A stretch of 64,000 nt of DNA, taken from positions 14,818,001 through 14,882,000 of the forward strand of contig NC_042997.1 in assembly GCF_006345805.1 (NCBI RefSeq), given 5' to 3'. The notes beneath the pieces were generated by a model that saw only the letters and a program-made list of their open reading frames with translations, had not been told where the DNA came from and searched no databases. Each line of letters begins with the position of its first letter. The stretch's first letter is position 1. Source of the stretch: Octopus sinensis. Its lineage: Eukaryota. Of the stretch, positions 1-11,286 are shown one piece after another. The position numbers were made by a program, and so were the translations under genes.

Positions 1-51
1 CTTCACAAGATTATTTGGTAATAATCATATTTATTGAATACATATATTTAC

Positions 52-170
52 CTTAGTAACACAAAAAAATCTTTAGTCAATCCATAAGATTTGGAGCAGA
101 AGCCAAGCAGTTTTGCTTCTAAATTTGAACCCATTGATTTAAGAATAAATTTCTGAGCCAGTCTCAAAAT
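52..170 (-). CDS. Putative internal coding exon of an unidentified spliced gene (ILRLAQKFILKSMGSNLEAKLLGFCSKSYGLTKDFFVLL)
   Basis: Minus strand: acceptor ttttaatAG, 39 open codons + 2 nt, donor AG|GTAAAT. No repeat similarity recognised. Product not recognised. Confidence 0.4.
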
Positions 171-456
171 CTATTAAAATTCAATTCATGTCTAGGATGC
201 TGCATGGCCTCAGTAGTTAACTGTACTTTTATTGATTCTGGATGAACAGAAGGCAAGTTGACTTCAGCAGGATTTGAACTTAGAATGTAAAGGGTTGCAA
301 TTAAATACCACAAGACATTTTGACCAACAGTATCAATTCTGCCTATACAGCACCTTAATGTTGGTTAGTGTTGCTATATCATACAGCAAAAGTAGAAATA
401 AATACTCTGAAATCAATATGAACTATTACTCTGCATGGATTTTATTTTAGCTTTTA

Positions 457-658
457 TCATCATCATTATGGTCATCATTTAACATCCATTTTCCACACTG
501 GCTTGAGCTGGACAGTTTGACAAGCAATAGCCAGCTGGAGAGCTGCACCCAGTTCCAATTGTCTGTTTTGGCATGGGTTCTATGGCTGGATACCCTTCCT
601 AACACAAAGCACTTTACAGAATGTACTGGGCAATTTTTACGTATCACCAGCATCAGTG
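457..658 (-). mobile_element. Old copy of RTE-LINE 3'UTR / (GAT)n-tailed repeat
   Basis: (cat)n followed by a diverged tttaacatcc...ggatacccttcctaacac motif shared with the younger copies. Confidence 0.65.
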
Positions 659-792
659 TTAAATCAATATTTTTTTACTGTTATGAAATACAGAGTCATC
701 TCTTGTAGACTTGCATTTACTATTTAAAGGATGCAAAAAGCATGTTTGACCAGTTGCAGTTTAAATGAGTTCATAATAAGACACAAACATAC

Positions 793-806
793 CCAGAGTT
801 GTCTGC
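793..806 (-). CDS. Candidate 14-nt microexon (C-R-Q-L-W)
   Basis: ttttattttgtcaattAAG|gcagacaactctgg|GTATGT. Phase 1 to 0 joins exon 1379-1489 to exon 52-170 in frame. Confidence 0.25.
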
Positions 807-1378
807 CTTAATTGACAAAATAAAAACAATATTAGTCTTTTGTCCATCACTACATAATTATATCTAGTTAGCTTTTTAATGCTTTCTGTATTCATCTATG
901 TATTTTAAGGCCTAACTGACCATATGACATTGTATGTTTGCAACTTCCACTGAAACATTTTATTTGTCTACATCCATCTCCGTTTTGTGGTTACCATATC
1001 ATAAACAGATTTTATCTCTAGAAGCAGTTTACAGTTAAATTTCAGATATGTTTAACATCAAGTTTCCAAATTTTTGGATAATCCAAACAAGATCTCAAGG
1101 TCCTGTGATTATCTAATTAGCTATATTGTGTGTAACTTGAACTCAATAATAACATAAGTGCTGCTGTTTCATTTTTTGTTTACAATGATTAAAAGCGAAT
1201 TCAAATTTCTGAAGAACACATAAACAGTGAAGCGGTGTTCTCAACACTGGTGTCATGATCAAGTCTTTTGTTTCCAGGTATCAAAAGTACCATATACCAG
1301 GCTGCTAGTTTGATATCAGTCAGTCATTTTAAACAATGTTAAAATAATTGTAACATTGTAAAAGTAAAAGTGACTAAC

Positions 1379-1489
1379 ATGCTGAAGAATTTAAAAGCAT
1401 GGCAAAATCAATGGTATCTTCATTCATCTCTATGACTTTGTTCCAAGTATATATGTTACAAGTAATTGAGTTTGTTGTTGTTACCATGT
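1379..1489 (-). CDS. Putative coding exon (D-MVTTTNSITCNIYTWNKVIEMNEDTIDFAMLLNSSA)
   Basis: Strong acceptor ctttctcttcacAG, open frame of 111 nt (phase 1-1), donor GTTAGT. Confidence 0.4.
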
Positions 1490-1802
1490 CTGTGAAGAGA
1501 AAGTGAACACCAGTGACAATCGAACAGAAAAATGAGACTTTACAATGTCTGGATTGTAGTGAAAAGGCATCAAACATTGAACAGAATACATTTTATTGAT
1601 TGAAAAACATAAAATCTCTTTAAACATGTTTTTATTTTTAGTTTTGTTTGTTTTTATTTTTTTACATAATTATGTTCACTATAGCTTCCTTTGTTTACAA
1701 TTAGATCAGTTATCCAAGCAAAATACTCCCTGTCTATATTGGGATAATCAAGGTCTAACAGTAGTTTAGTTTTTCTTTCATTTTCTTTCATCTTTTTTTT
1801 TT

Positions 1803-2108
1803 AGTCATTGCACTATGGTTATGACAAGAGTTTATAGTTAATCAAGTCAACCCCAGTACTTATTTCGGTCTGGTATATATCTTATTGATCTCTACTTTTC
1901 AAACCATTAAGCTATGGAACATAAAAGGACAACACGGACACAGACTTTTACATTCATATATGATGAACTTGTGCACAGTTTCCAGCAACAAAATTCCATT
2001 CACAAGGTATTGGTCAGCTTGAGAATGACATTTACCCAGAGCACCATGCAGTAAGCTCAAAACTCATGTCATGCATTTACAAAGCAAACTCTTAAATCAC
2101 ATGCTTAT
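1803..2108 (-). mobile_element. Degenerate tRNA-derived CORE-type SINE
   Basis: Diverged reverse match to the full-length copy at 63172-63570. Confidence 0.55.
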
Positions 2109-2239
2109 GCTTTTTTTTATTAAAATCCTTGCCATCAAATGCCAACTTATTTACAATGATTTTTTTTCATCATAACAGTCTTTTCTGATGTTTATCACTG
2201 CTCTTCTTGAATTAGATGTTTGTCTTAAACTTGACTTAC

Positions 2240-2312
2240 CAACTTTATGTTGTAACTGATTCCAGTCAGTATATATGAAAATACTTGATGCTTTGTAAGA
2301 GTATTGCATCAT
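2240..2312 (-). CDS. Putative first coding segment (MMQYSYKASSIFIYTDWNQLQHKV)
   Basis: ATGATG after an in-frame stop. Ends at consensus donor G|GTAAGT in phase 1, matching exon 1379-1489. Confidence 0.3.
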
Positions 2313-4092
2313 TTCTTACATAAATTTATGTAAATGGCCTCATTGATTTCAGTGTCTGATAAGGTTGAATTCCAATGTCATAATTTTGTTTAGACATACA
2401 TTCTATCCCATGTTAGTAAAGATAGTCTTATTACTTTTATCTTTTTTTAACCTTCTTTTTTTTTTTTAATAATACTGAATTCTTATAATTTGCTCTACAA
2501 GAGAGGAATAGTCAATTGAAACCAACTGGTATTGATATTATCAACCTGAAATAAACAAGCCAATGAGAGACTTTCTTCATGGTTACTCAATCTAAAAATA
2601 TCAGTCAAATATCCCTCAGATTATACATTTTATTTGCTACTCAATGACCCTGCCATTTCACTTATAATTGACAAGTATTTATATCAGAAAGAAAAAAGAA
2701 AAAACACACTGGATTATGTTTTCCTAGATAGTCTTAAAGATATAGGATGGTTATGACTAGAACAACTTTGGCGATAGGTCATCTCAATTAAGGTTTGATG
2801 TTGAAGAAATAAAGTATAAATTTGGTCATTACAAGAATTTGACTCAGAAAATAAATATAAAATTTAAAACAAGCTAAATACTACAAAACACTTCTCTTCC
2901 ATTTCAATTCCTTCCTACTAAAAAGACAACACTACTTTGCCTCTTTTTCTCACTTAAAGCTCAAAATACTGAAATGTTAGATCATCCACTCCTCATAGCA
3001 AGTGAGCTTCTCAAACTCTACTACAAACTTATAGCTGCCAACACAAACCATCACCATTTTCATGAGATTCTACATTTTACCTTCCGAAGTATTGAGTCTG
3101 GCATTCTAACATTTTTTTCATCTCATCATCTTCTGATATATTTTTATAATATTAAAAAAATGCACACTGAGATAAAAATCTAAAAAAACAAGTCTTTTAT
3201 CAAACAGTTTTTTTTTGTTTTTTTTTACTATTTAAATTATAGATCATATCTATGCATTCTGTAATTCATAACTGAGTTATCTTTTACTGATTAAATATAT
3301 CTTAATTTAAAACTAAGAATAACCTGAAAGCACTTTTAAGACTATTTTTATAAATTTTTGAAAAAATTCTACAAATAAATTTTTCATTTTCTTTTAACTT
3401 TTGACTGACTATTTGAAGTCATTAAAAATTACAATTTTCTTCAAAAAGTCATCGTTAAAATTCTAAACTTCATTTTCTTCAGGTATTCTTTTCTTTTTTC
3501 CTCCAAGCACGTTCTTAAACATTTTGTAACATTTGTAGTTATGATCCATTTTATTTATGTTTTATTGTTTCCACTTGAAGTGGCAGAAAAAAAACAAAAA
3601 AACACTACAACACATCAACGAGAGATATTGGTTGTAGCGTGTTAGTGAATGAATGTTTGCTGATCACTTAGATGTCCTTTTTTTAGACTGAAATTGCGAA
3701 TGTTTGAGAATACGCGTGAGGTAGATGTATGATCTCAACTATGTGAGCAGTTCACTAATCTGGAAAGCACTTGTAATTTGCAGAAGGTCAACAGCTTTTT
3801 AGAGTTGAAGCACTTTCAGTTTTGAAGATAAAACTGGTCTTGGATAGGTTGCAGTTTCAGTTTGGTTATAAATATGTGACCAAAAGAGATTGTGAAGCCA
3901 ACCATTTGTAGCAAATTTGAATGTTTGTGCTCTTTCCTATTCTTACTTAAAGAGGGCAAAGCATTTTAAGTGGATTTCTTTCATGTGTGTATTAACTGCG
4001 TTTTAGTGCTGTTAAACAAGACTAAATAATTATGTCTCCATAACAGGATTTTATCAAAGTTTAACTTCACAGAAGCTCATTACTACAGTAAG

Positions 4093-4775
4093 GTATCTTT
4101 CTTTTATTTATTTGTTCCAGTTATTGAACTGCAGCCATGCTGGGGCATTACCTTTTAAGGTTTAGTCAAACAAATCAACCTTAGGACTTTTTTTTTAAGC
4201 CTAATACTTATTCTATCAGTCGTTTCTTACCAAACTGCTAAGTTACAGGGATGTAAACAAATCACACCAGTTGTCAAGCAACAGTGGGGTACAAACACAC
4301 ACACACACACACAGAGTGTACTGTTCTGTGATGATAAGATCAACAAGAAAGTACTCCAGCTGATGAGAGATAAATATTATATAATAAACACAATTTATGT
4401 TTTTATGCGCTACTATTAGTTTCATGCGATGAGAGCATGCCAGACAGTATTTTTTAACACAACTGGTGTCCCAGCACAAGCTTCAGGGACTGCTCAAATG
4501 GCATAACAAACTATTCCTAGTTTGTTATACTATGTGGGCAGTGCCTGAAGATTGTGCTGGGACACCAGACATGCTAAAAAATACTCTCTGGCATGTTCTC
4601 ATCATGTGAAACTAATTGTAGCACATAAAAACATATATTGTGTTTATTAAATAACATATGTATAAATGATGAGCTTTGTTCAGTTTTCATCAATTAAATC
4701 CACTCACAAGGCTTTGGTCAACCCAGGGCTATATTAAAAGACACTTGCCCAAGGTGCCTCACAGTGAATAAAATC
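4093..4775 (-). mobile_element. CORE-type SINE interrupted by a fold-back element
   Basis: SINE tail at 4093-4320 and head/CORE (cacttgcccaaggtgcc) at 4660-4775, separated by the palindrome 4382-4649. Confidence 0.7.
4382..4649. repeat. 268-bp fold-back (MITE-like) palindrome
   Basis: Arms taataaacacaat...gcacaagcttcagg and cctgaagattgtgc...attgtgtttatta are complementary. Pairing continues inward to a 4-nt ttcc loop. Confidence 0.9.
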
Positions 4776-5057
4776 TGTAGGTGAAAGGATATTAAGAAAT
4801 GAAAGGATGTACCACCTTCATATAGTTGGGTGTGACTTGACAGAGTGAGGATGAAGAGAGTATTAATATATATTACAAAAGAATGGTCTAAAAGAAAACT
4901 TCAAATTTAAGACATCAGAGATGGCCAGATTCCATAAATAAACAATATTGACTCAAGGTTTTCCTCCTAAACATGTTCTTATGTTTTGATCTAAAATATT
5001 AATAATACCAAATTTCTCAAGGGCAAGAAGGGAAAAAGTCTAAAGGTGACACAAGTG

Positions 5058-5140
5058 GTATTTGTTTATGACAAATGCCACCTGTATTTATTTTATGACA
5101 AATACCACCTGTATTTGTTTATGACAAATCCTGCTTGTAT
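5058..5140. repeat. Minisatellite, about 27 bp x3 (gtatttgtttatgacaaatgccacct)
   Basis: Three direct copies are visible. Confidence 0.8.
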
Positions 5141-5314
5141 TATAATCATTATGGAAGTACAGATCTAGTAGTATGGCTTCAGTCACTCTCTTAGCACAGT
5201 TAAATGGGTCAAAAATTGTATCATATTTTCTACCAAGAATAGTGAGAATAAGATTAGCAGAATGTTGACCAGTTAACTGACTTTAAGTACAAATTTCAAT
5301 GTAAACTTATTCAA

Positions 5315-5550
5315 CCCATTAGCATTCAAACCAACCATCTCCAGCCCAAATATTCTACCCATTTTTTTACTTTTATTTTTTTAGTTCAAACTGGCTAGGT
5401 CCATCCTCTTATATTTATCCTACATTGTCATTCTAAAAATAAACAATTATATCATTGAAATCTCAAAGGTACAAGATAATTCATGATTAGTTCAAAAGAA
5501 CGTGAATAAATAAGTATTACATTTGACAGAGTAATCTGAATACTCTAGGG
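5315..5550. mobile_element. piggyBac-type MITE (family of 35547-36076)
   Basis: ccc...ggg|TTAA ends. Body (acatttgacagagtaatctgaa) shared with the copy at 35.9-36.1 kb. Confidence 0.7.
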
Positions 5551-5627
5551 TTAAAAGAAGGGTAAATATAATTGCAGATATCGAAACATTTAAAAAGCAA
5601 TCAAACCTTCTTAATTCAAAGGCTTCA

Positions 5628-6188
5628 ATCATCACCATCATCATCATCATCGTTTAACATCCGCTTTCCATGCTAGCATGGGTTGGACGGTTCAACTGGG
5701 GTCTGGCAAGCCCGAAGGCTACACCAGGCCAGTCAGATCTGGCAGTGTTTCTACAGCTGGATGCCCTTCCTAACGCCAACCACTCCGAGAGTGTAGTGGG
5801 TGATTTTATGTGCCACCGACACAGGTGCCAGACGAGACTGGCAGACGGACACGCTCAGATGGTGTTTTTTATGTGCCACCGACACAGGTGCCAGACGAGG
5901 CTGGCAGACAGCCACGCTCGGATGGTGTTTTTATGTGCCACCGACACAGGTGCCAGACGAGGCTGGCAGACGGCCATGCTCGGATATGGTGTTTTCGGTT
6001 TTTTCTTATGTGCCACCGACACAGGTGCCAGACGAGGCTGGCGAACGGCTACGATCGGATGGTGTTTGTTACATGCCCACGGCATGGAGGCCAGTCGATG
6101 CAGTACTGGCTATGGTCCCGTTCGGATGGTTTTCTTATGTGCCACCGGCACTGGTACCACAAGGATACAAATTCCATTGATGTTCATC
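5628..6188 (-). mobile_element. RTE-LINE 3'UTR copy with 4-6 tandem 62-63 bp units
   Basis: (cat)n-cgtttaac...ggatgcccttcctaacgcc, then units starting at 5808, 5871, 5933 and 6008, with diverged units at 6071 and 6137. Confidence 0.85.
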
Positions 6189-6224
6189 TATATAAATGTA
6201 AAACAATAAATTAAAACAATATAT

Positions 6225-6560
6225 CTGGTAACTTTGGGCAAGTATTTTCTATTATAGCCCAGGGCCAATCTTAACTTTGTAAGTGGATTTGTTGATGGAA
6301 ACTGAAAAAAGCCCATTGTGAGCATGTGTGTGTATATGTGGGCTTGTGTGTGTGTGTGTGTGTTTGTTTGGATTCTTGTCTTCACATCATGTGATAATTG
6401 TAATTGAATGTCACCATAACACAAATAGCATTGTTCAATTCCCATCTTCTGTGGAAACGTGTCTGACCATGGAGAAATATTACTTTGCTTGGAAACAAAT
6501 TAGGGTTAGCAACAGGAAGAGCATCTAGTTATAGAAAATCTGCCTCAATGAATTGCATGG
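6225..6560 (+). mobile_element. SINE with CORE-type head and RTE-like aggaagggcatc tail
   Basis: ttgggcaagt...gtggatttg, TG microsatellite, then aacaggaagagcatctag. Similar to 24170-24465. Confidence 0.55.
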
Positions 6561-7134
6561 TAAAACAAACACTAAACAATGATGATGACATAATCAAAAT
6601 AAAGTGAGATAACATGGAGTAATGATTTACAGAATATATGTATAATATGAAGTGAAATATTAGATGCAATGGTCTTAGCAGTGAAATAAAATACTTTCCA
6701 AGAATTCAAGAATTTAACAAGAACAATATGATAATAAAAATAAAATGGTATTACAGGTAGTATAATGTCTCAAAGTGTTTTTAAATCCTCGAGAGCTAAC
6801 CCAAGTTGAAATATTTTACAAATTATTGTTTTGCTTCGTGTATTTTTTTAAAAATGAGAAAAATTACTGAAAATTTCAAGTACAGATATGAACATTAAAG
6901 AACATTTAATGCTTGTATATAAACAACCACCTCCAGGATATCAGAAAGGCAAGAAAATGTGTAGAAAATAGATACAGAAATCAACAAAAAGAAAATCATT
7001 TCTAGGAATCTGGCATCATTGGAAGTTATCGAAAAAAACAGTATAACACATTTTATTGGTGAATATAAGGAATATTCAATCCTTAGTTTAACATTATGTT
7101 TTCACATAAACCAATACACTTTTGCATAAACAGT

Positions 7135-7490
7135 TCGAGCATGGCTGTGTGGTTAAGAAGCTCACTTTGAAACCATGATGTTTCAGATTCAAACCCATTG
7201 TGCAACACTTAGGCAAGTATCTTCTATACCCCCAGGCCAACCAGTGGCTTGTGAGTGAATTCCAAAGACATAAACTGTATCGAAGTTCAGAGTGTGTGTG
7301 TGTGTGTGTGTGTTTCTACCCCAGCCACTTGACAATGGTGGTGGTTTGTTTACATCTTAGTGATTCAACAATAGAATAATTCACACCAACAGAATTAAAA
7401 GAAAATGTAAGTACTAGGGTTGATATGTTTAACTAAAACCATCAAGGTGGTGCCATGCAGCCCAGTGACTAAAACAAGAAAAGAAGATAA
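7135..7490 (+). mobile_element. Degenerate CORE-type SINE
   Basis: gctgtgtggttaagaagc head, cacttaggcaagt, TG tract, gactaaaacaag tail. Confidence 0.65.
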
Positions 7491-8074
7491 AAGAAGACAA
7501 CTACATATTTTAAACAAGAAATACAAGGAAAATATTAAAAAATGAATAATTCAACAGAACAAACAACATTGCTAAGAGTACAATCAAATATTAATCAGAA
7601 TGATACATCTATCCTATGACAGATTCAATGAAATAAAACAAAAAATCTGATGGTCATCACCGTAAAATAGAGATTTCCTTCAGATTAATGTATTAAGAAA
7701 ATTAATTCAACCATACAAAGTCAAGTACTATAAATTGTTATGTAGTTTTTAGCAGTCAATACGGAAAGATAATTGTCTCAGTAAAAGTTCATGGCATTTC
7801 GTTTAGTCTTTATCATCAGTACAGTTAATATTTTAGCTATTGTTGTAAAAACAGTAGTTCACAATTTCATTAATTGATTAGTGACATCATATATCAATCA
7901 ACATTTCAGCAATTTGGTTTTATGAAAAATGTTACTAGATCTTAAGTTAAAACACAATGAGCTGTTGGTATTGTTGACCGACATCAAAATGTGTAAAATT
8001 AAAAGCTACGACTGGACAAGTTGATAAGCGCTAATCATCCTCAGAACTGTACTCTACCCACTGCAAAGATAGTA

Positions 8075-8245
8075 CGAGGGATGTTGAAACGTTTCTGGAT
8101 TCAGATATAAGAAAATACAGGAGGATCAGTTAATTATGATTTTAACATATTTCCCTCTCAGATTCACACACTTATTGCAGCAGTCATTCTGACCAGGCCT
8201 TTTCATGATACCCTTAAAGTCAATAACTTTTTTGTACTCCTTCGT
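8075..8245. mobile_element. Mariner-derived MITE
   Basis: TA|CGAGGG start and ctccttcg|TA end. Internal sequence shared (reverse) with 56677-57270. Confidence 0.6.
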
Positions 8246-10353
8246 AAATACTCCTTGGCTCATTCCAACTAGATGTAAATGGATATCATTAGTAAGTACA
8301 GCTCACTGCTGTGAATATCACAAGTCTGTCTATATGATTTCTGGCATTAGCACAAAGCTACATAAGTAAAATAACAAATATGGAAGATGGAGAACTTCTA
8401 ACAATGTGAACAGGAAAAGTTAAGTAACCTTTATATATTTCAGGCACAAAGGCTCATCATTGGAAGTGAACAGCTTAGAAATATGAGTTTATGTAGATTC
8501 TATATTTTGATTGCCAAACAAGCAAATATGACAGCAGCAGCAGTTTCTCAAAAATGGTGCTGCCAGTGGGCATGAAAGTCACAGTGGAGCAGTAATGGAT
8601 GGTTAGCAGCAGTGGTGGTGAAGATAATTGTCTTGATATTGGTAGCAATGGTGGTACATGTCACGGTATTAGACAGTGGTGGGGAGATTATACTCAATGA
8701 AATTGAAACCAATGAATCCAGACAGATGAAAGGCAAAGGATCAACATTAAATATTGGTTTATGTAGTTCAGAAATCAACCATACTACTCAACTCTACTTC
8801 ATGTTCTTGGCCTTGCAAAGTAAAAGTCAAAGTAGAGTTTGGTAGAATTTGAAATCAGGCTGTAAGGAAACAGAACTAAATCATGCAAGGCATAGAATTT
8901 GTCATATTTAGACAAAAATGACAGCACTGACTCAACTGTTTATCATACTTCCAAGAGATAGATAAAATACTGAGGAACTGATACCAAATCACTTAGGATT
9001 CTTTTCAAATGAGGAACGTATTTTATCATGTATTCAAAATATAAGAATATTAGGAGCTTCTTTCGGAAATGTTGTTTAATTTGTCAAAAGTGGAAGATAT
9101 TTTCTGTAGTGCATGGGAGGGGTAACTTCTAGAGCAGAAAGGTACAGAGGTAGGTAGGTATTTGGGGGAGAAAAATGAGGAAAGTGTAAGGCTGAAGTTT
9201 TATAAAGTAGAAAAAAAAACAAGCTTTTTTCCCCTGAAGATGGTGAATTGGCAGAGTCATTAGAGTGTCAGACAGAATGCTTCATGGTATTTGTTCCAAC
9301 TCTTTGCACTCTGAGTTCAAATACTGCCAAGGTGAACTTTGCCCTTTTCTTTTCTTTACAGAGTTGATAAAAAAACAAAAGTATCAATCAAAGGCAGGGA
9401 GACTGGCAGAACTGTAAAACAAACATCAGACAAGATGCCTTGCAGTATTCATTCTAGATGTTTGCATTCTGAGCTCAAATCCTACAATGCCCTACATCGG
9501 TTGTAGACTTAACTTGTTACCCAGCTTAACATTGCATTTTTGGTGTCTTGGGTGGAAACCTGGCCCAAATATTCAGGCCAGATATCTAATATGAAGTTAT
9601 CTTCCAGCTTCCCTCCCACCAGTCTGGGAGGTCCTGTAATAGGTCATGGACACTGCTTTCCCTCCTGATTAAAAAAATAAAATTTTAAAAAAGAAGATAT
9701 TACTGGTCAGAATAGGGTAGATTGGGAACTGATATTAGTTTTTAATTTGGTTTACCAGAAGATTATTCAAGAACACTTTCTATGACTTTCATGACAATAC
9801 AAACTTCGTTTTCTCTGATGACATATCTTGGATTACATTATCCAACATACTGTTCTTTTCTTTCTAAAGATTATAGGGTGTGATTGGAGGGAGATTTAGA
9901 TGCTGTTTCTAGCAAAGTGAGCAACCATAAAATGCCTCCTTCATTAGCTTAGGGTTCTATAGTGAGCTAAACTTCAAAATGAAGAGCTGAATGTAGTGAT
10001 TAGCAGCACAGTTGCGAAAAGCTAAGAAGTATGAGAGACAAAAACAGTTCCACAAGAGACTAAATGAAGTCTCGCAGGTTTCAAGGGCAAAGTTTGTTCT
10101 AACTGTCAGTGAGAAACAGAATACAGAACAATAGTGAGACAAAGATTGAAAGCTAGTAAAGAAGTTTTGCCAATCAAGCAGGTAATATTCTTCTAAACGG
10201 GGTAGCCAGTGATCAAAGAAGACACTGTATCATAGATGTAAACATTTTAATACAATAATATTTAAAAGATTACAATTGCAGCGTGGAAGGTGTTTGTAAG
10301 CCATTTAAGAAACACACAAAAGCCGTTCGATTCACTTCAACATTTAAGTTTAA

Positions 10354-10403
10354 TTTGTCAAAATATTTTCGGCGCTAAAATCCGCGACCTGTTCACTGAC
10401 AAA
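10354..10403 (-). ncRNA. Minimal type-I hammerhead, G3:C8 variant (inverted copy)
   Basis: Minus strand: UUUGUCA GUGAACA GGUCGC-GGAUUUUA-GCGCC GAA AAUAUU U UGACAAA. Confidence 0.65.
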
Positions 10404-10474
10404 AATCCGCGCTGCATCTGAGAAAGTAACAGTATTTGGAACTAACTGTTACTTTCTCAGATGCAGCACGGACT

Positions 10475-10524
10475 TTTGTCAGTGAACAGGTCGCGGCTTT
10501 TAGCGACGAAAATATTTTGACAAA
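10475..10524 (+). ncRNA. Minimal type-I hammerhead ribozyme, G3:C8 variant
   Basis: UUUGUCA (stem I) GUGAACA (core) G GUCGC-GGCUUUUA-GCGAC (stem II) GAA AAUAUU (palindromic helix III) U | UGACAAA (stem I, 7 bp). Predicted cleavage between 10517 and 10518. Confidence 0.7.
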
Positions 10525-10844
10525 TTAAACTTAAATGTTGAAGTGAATCAAACGGCTTTTGTGTTTTTCTTAAATGGCTTACAAACACCTTCCACGGTGC
10601 AATTGTTTTCGTTTCAGCACACGATCTCAGATCAAATTACTTGCTATGCAAGTACATCTCCGTAATTTAAAAGATTAATTTCACTGCTAATATTCTAAAA
10701 TCTAGACAAAGTTAAAAACCATTATTATAGCTGCTTTTAAAAACTACTTAAATAGAAAAAAAAACAACTTGTACTCAGTCAGTCTTTAACATAAAAATTA
10801 AAAAATATCAGTCAGGATAATACTATAAACACTAACATTGTATG

Positions 10845-10922
10845 CATATATGTGTGTGTGTATGTGTGTGTATATATATATATGTGTGTGTGTATGTGTG
10901 TGTATATATATATATATGTGTG

Positions 10923-10968
<46 letters not shown>
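10845..10968. repeat. (TG)n/(TA)n compound microsatellite
   Basis: Directly visible. Confidence 0.95.
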
Positions 10969-10970
<2 letters not shown>

Positions 10971-11286
10971 GAAGTTGACTGTTATGGCCAGTCAGAGAGT
11001 GATCATTGATTTTGCACCTATAAAGCACTTAACCAACGCTTTGCCATATAAGTGATTTGTCTGGCCATTTGAGTCTGACAACATGCCTATATGGCTAAGC
11101 GCATTATAAGTGTGAAACCAATGGTCATTCAATGACCATTTAACTTCCTAAAAAATATATTACCACTCTAATGCTTTAGAATGTGCTTCTTTTTCAGATA
11201 TACGAATGCTAGACAGACAGACAGGCAGGCAGACAGACAGACAGATAGATAAATAGATAGACAGATAGATAAAATAGATAGATATG

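Larger units (their letters stand above)
10273..10664. mobile_element. Penelope-like element remnant with inverted duplication, 13-bp TSD
   Basis: Arms of about 160 bp (10272-10433 / 10445-10606) with an 11-nt loop. TSD atttaaaagatta at 10260-10272 and 10665-10677. Minimal hammerhead in each arm. Confidence 0.8.

Noticed and set aside
3703-3720. ttgagaatacgcgt resembles the 3' part of miR-137
   Set aside because: The seed does not match and no complementary 5' arm lies nearby.
4047-4092. Possible 46-nt plus-strand exon (…ILSKFNFTEAHYYSK)
   Set aside because: Weak GTATCT donor and no partner exons found.
5808-6071. CRISPR-like look of the regular repeats
   Set aside because: No unique spacers, no cas genes, eukaryotic context.
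5670-6214. Overlapping 126-179 aa ORFs with repeated MCHRHRCQTR / CATDTGARR motifs
   Set aside because: Translations of the 62-63 bp tandem unit in a dispersed retroelement 3'UTR. The same peptides recur at 17622, 20686 and 59139.
8612-8845. ORF with a signal-peptide-like hydrophobic N-terminus
   Set aside because: Begins at GTG in a gtg/gca low-complexity tract, with no ATG, splice support or recognisable domain.
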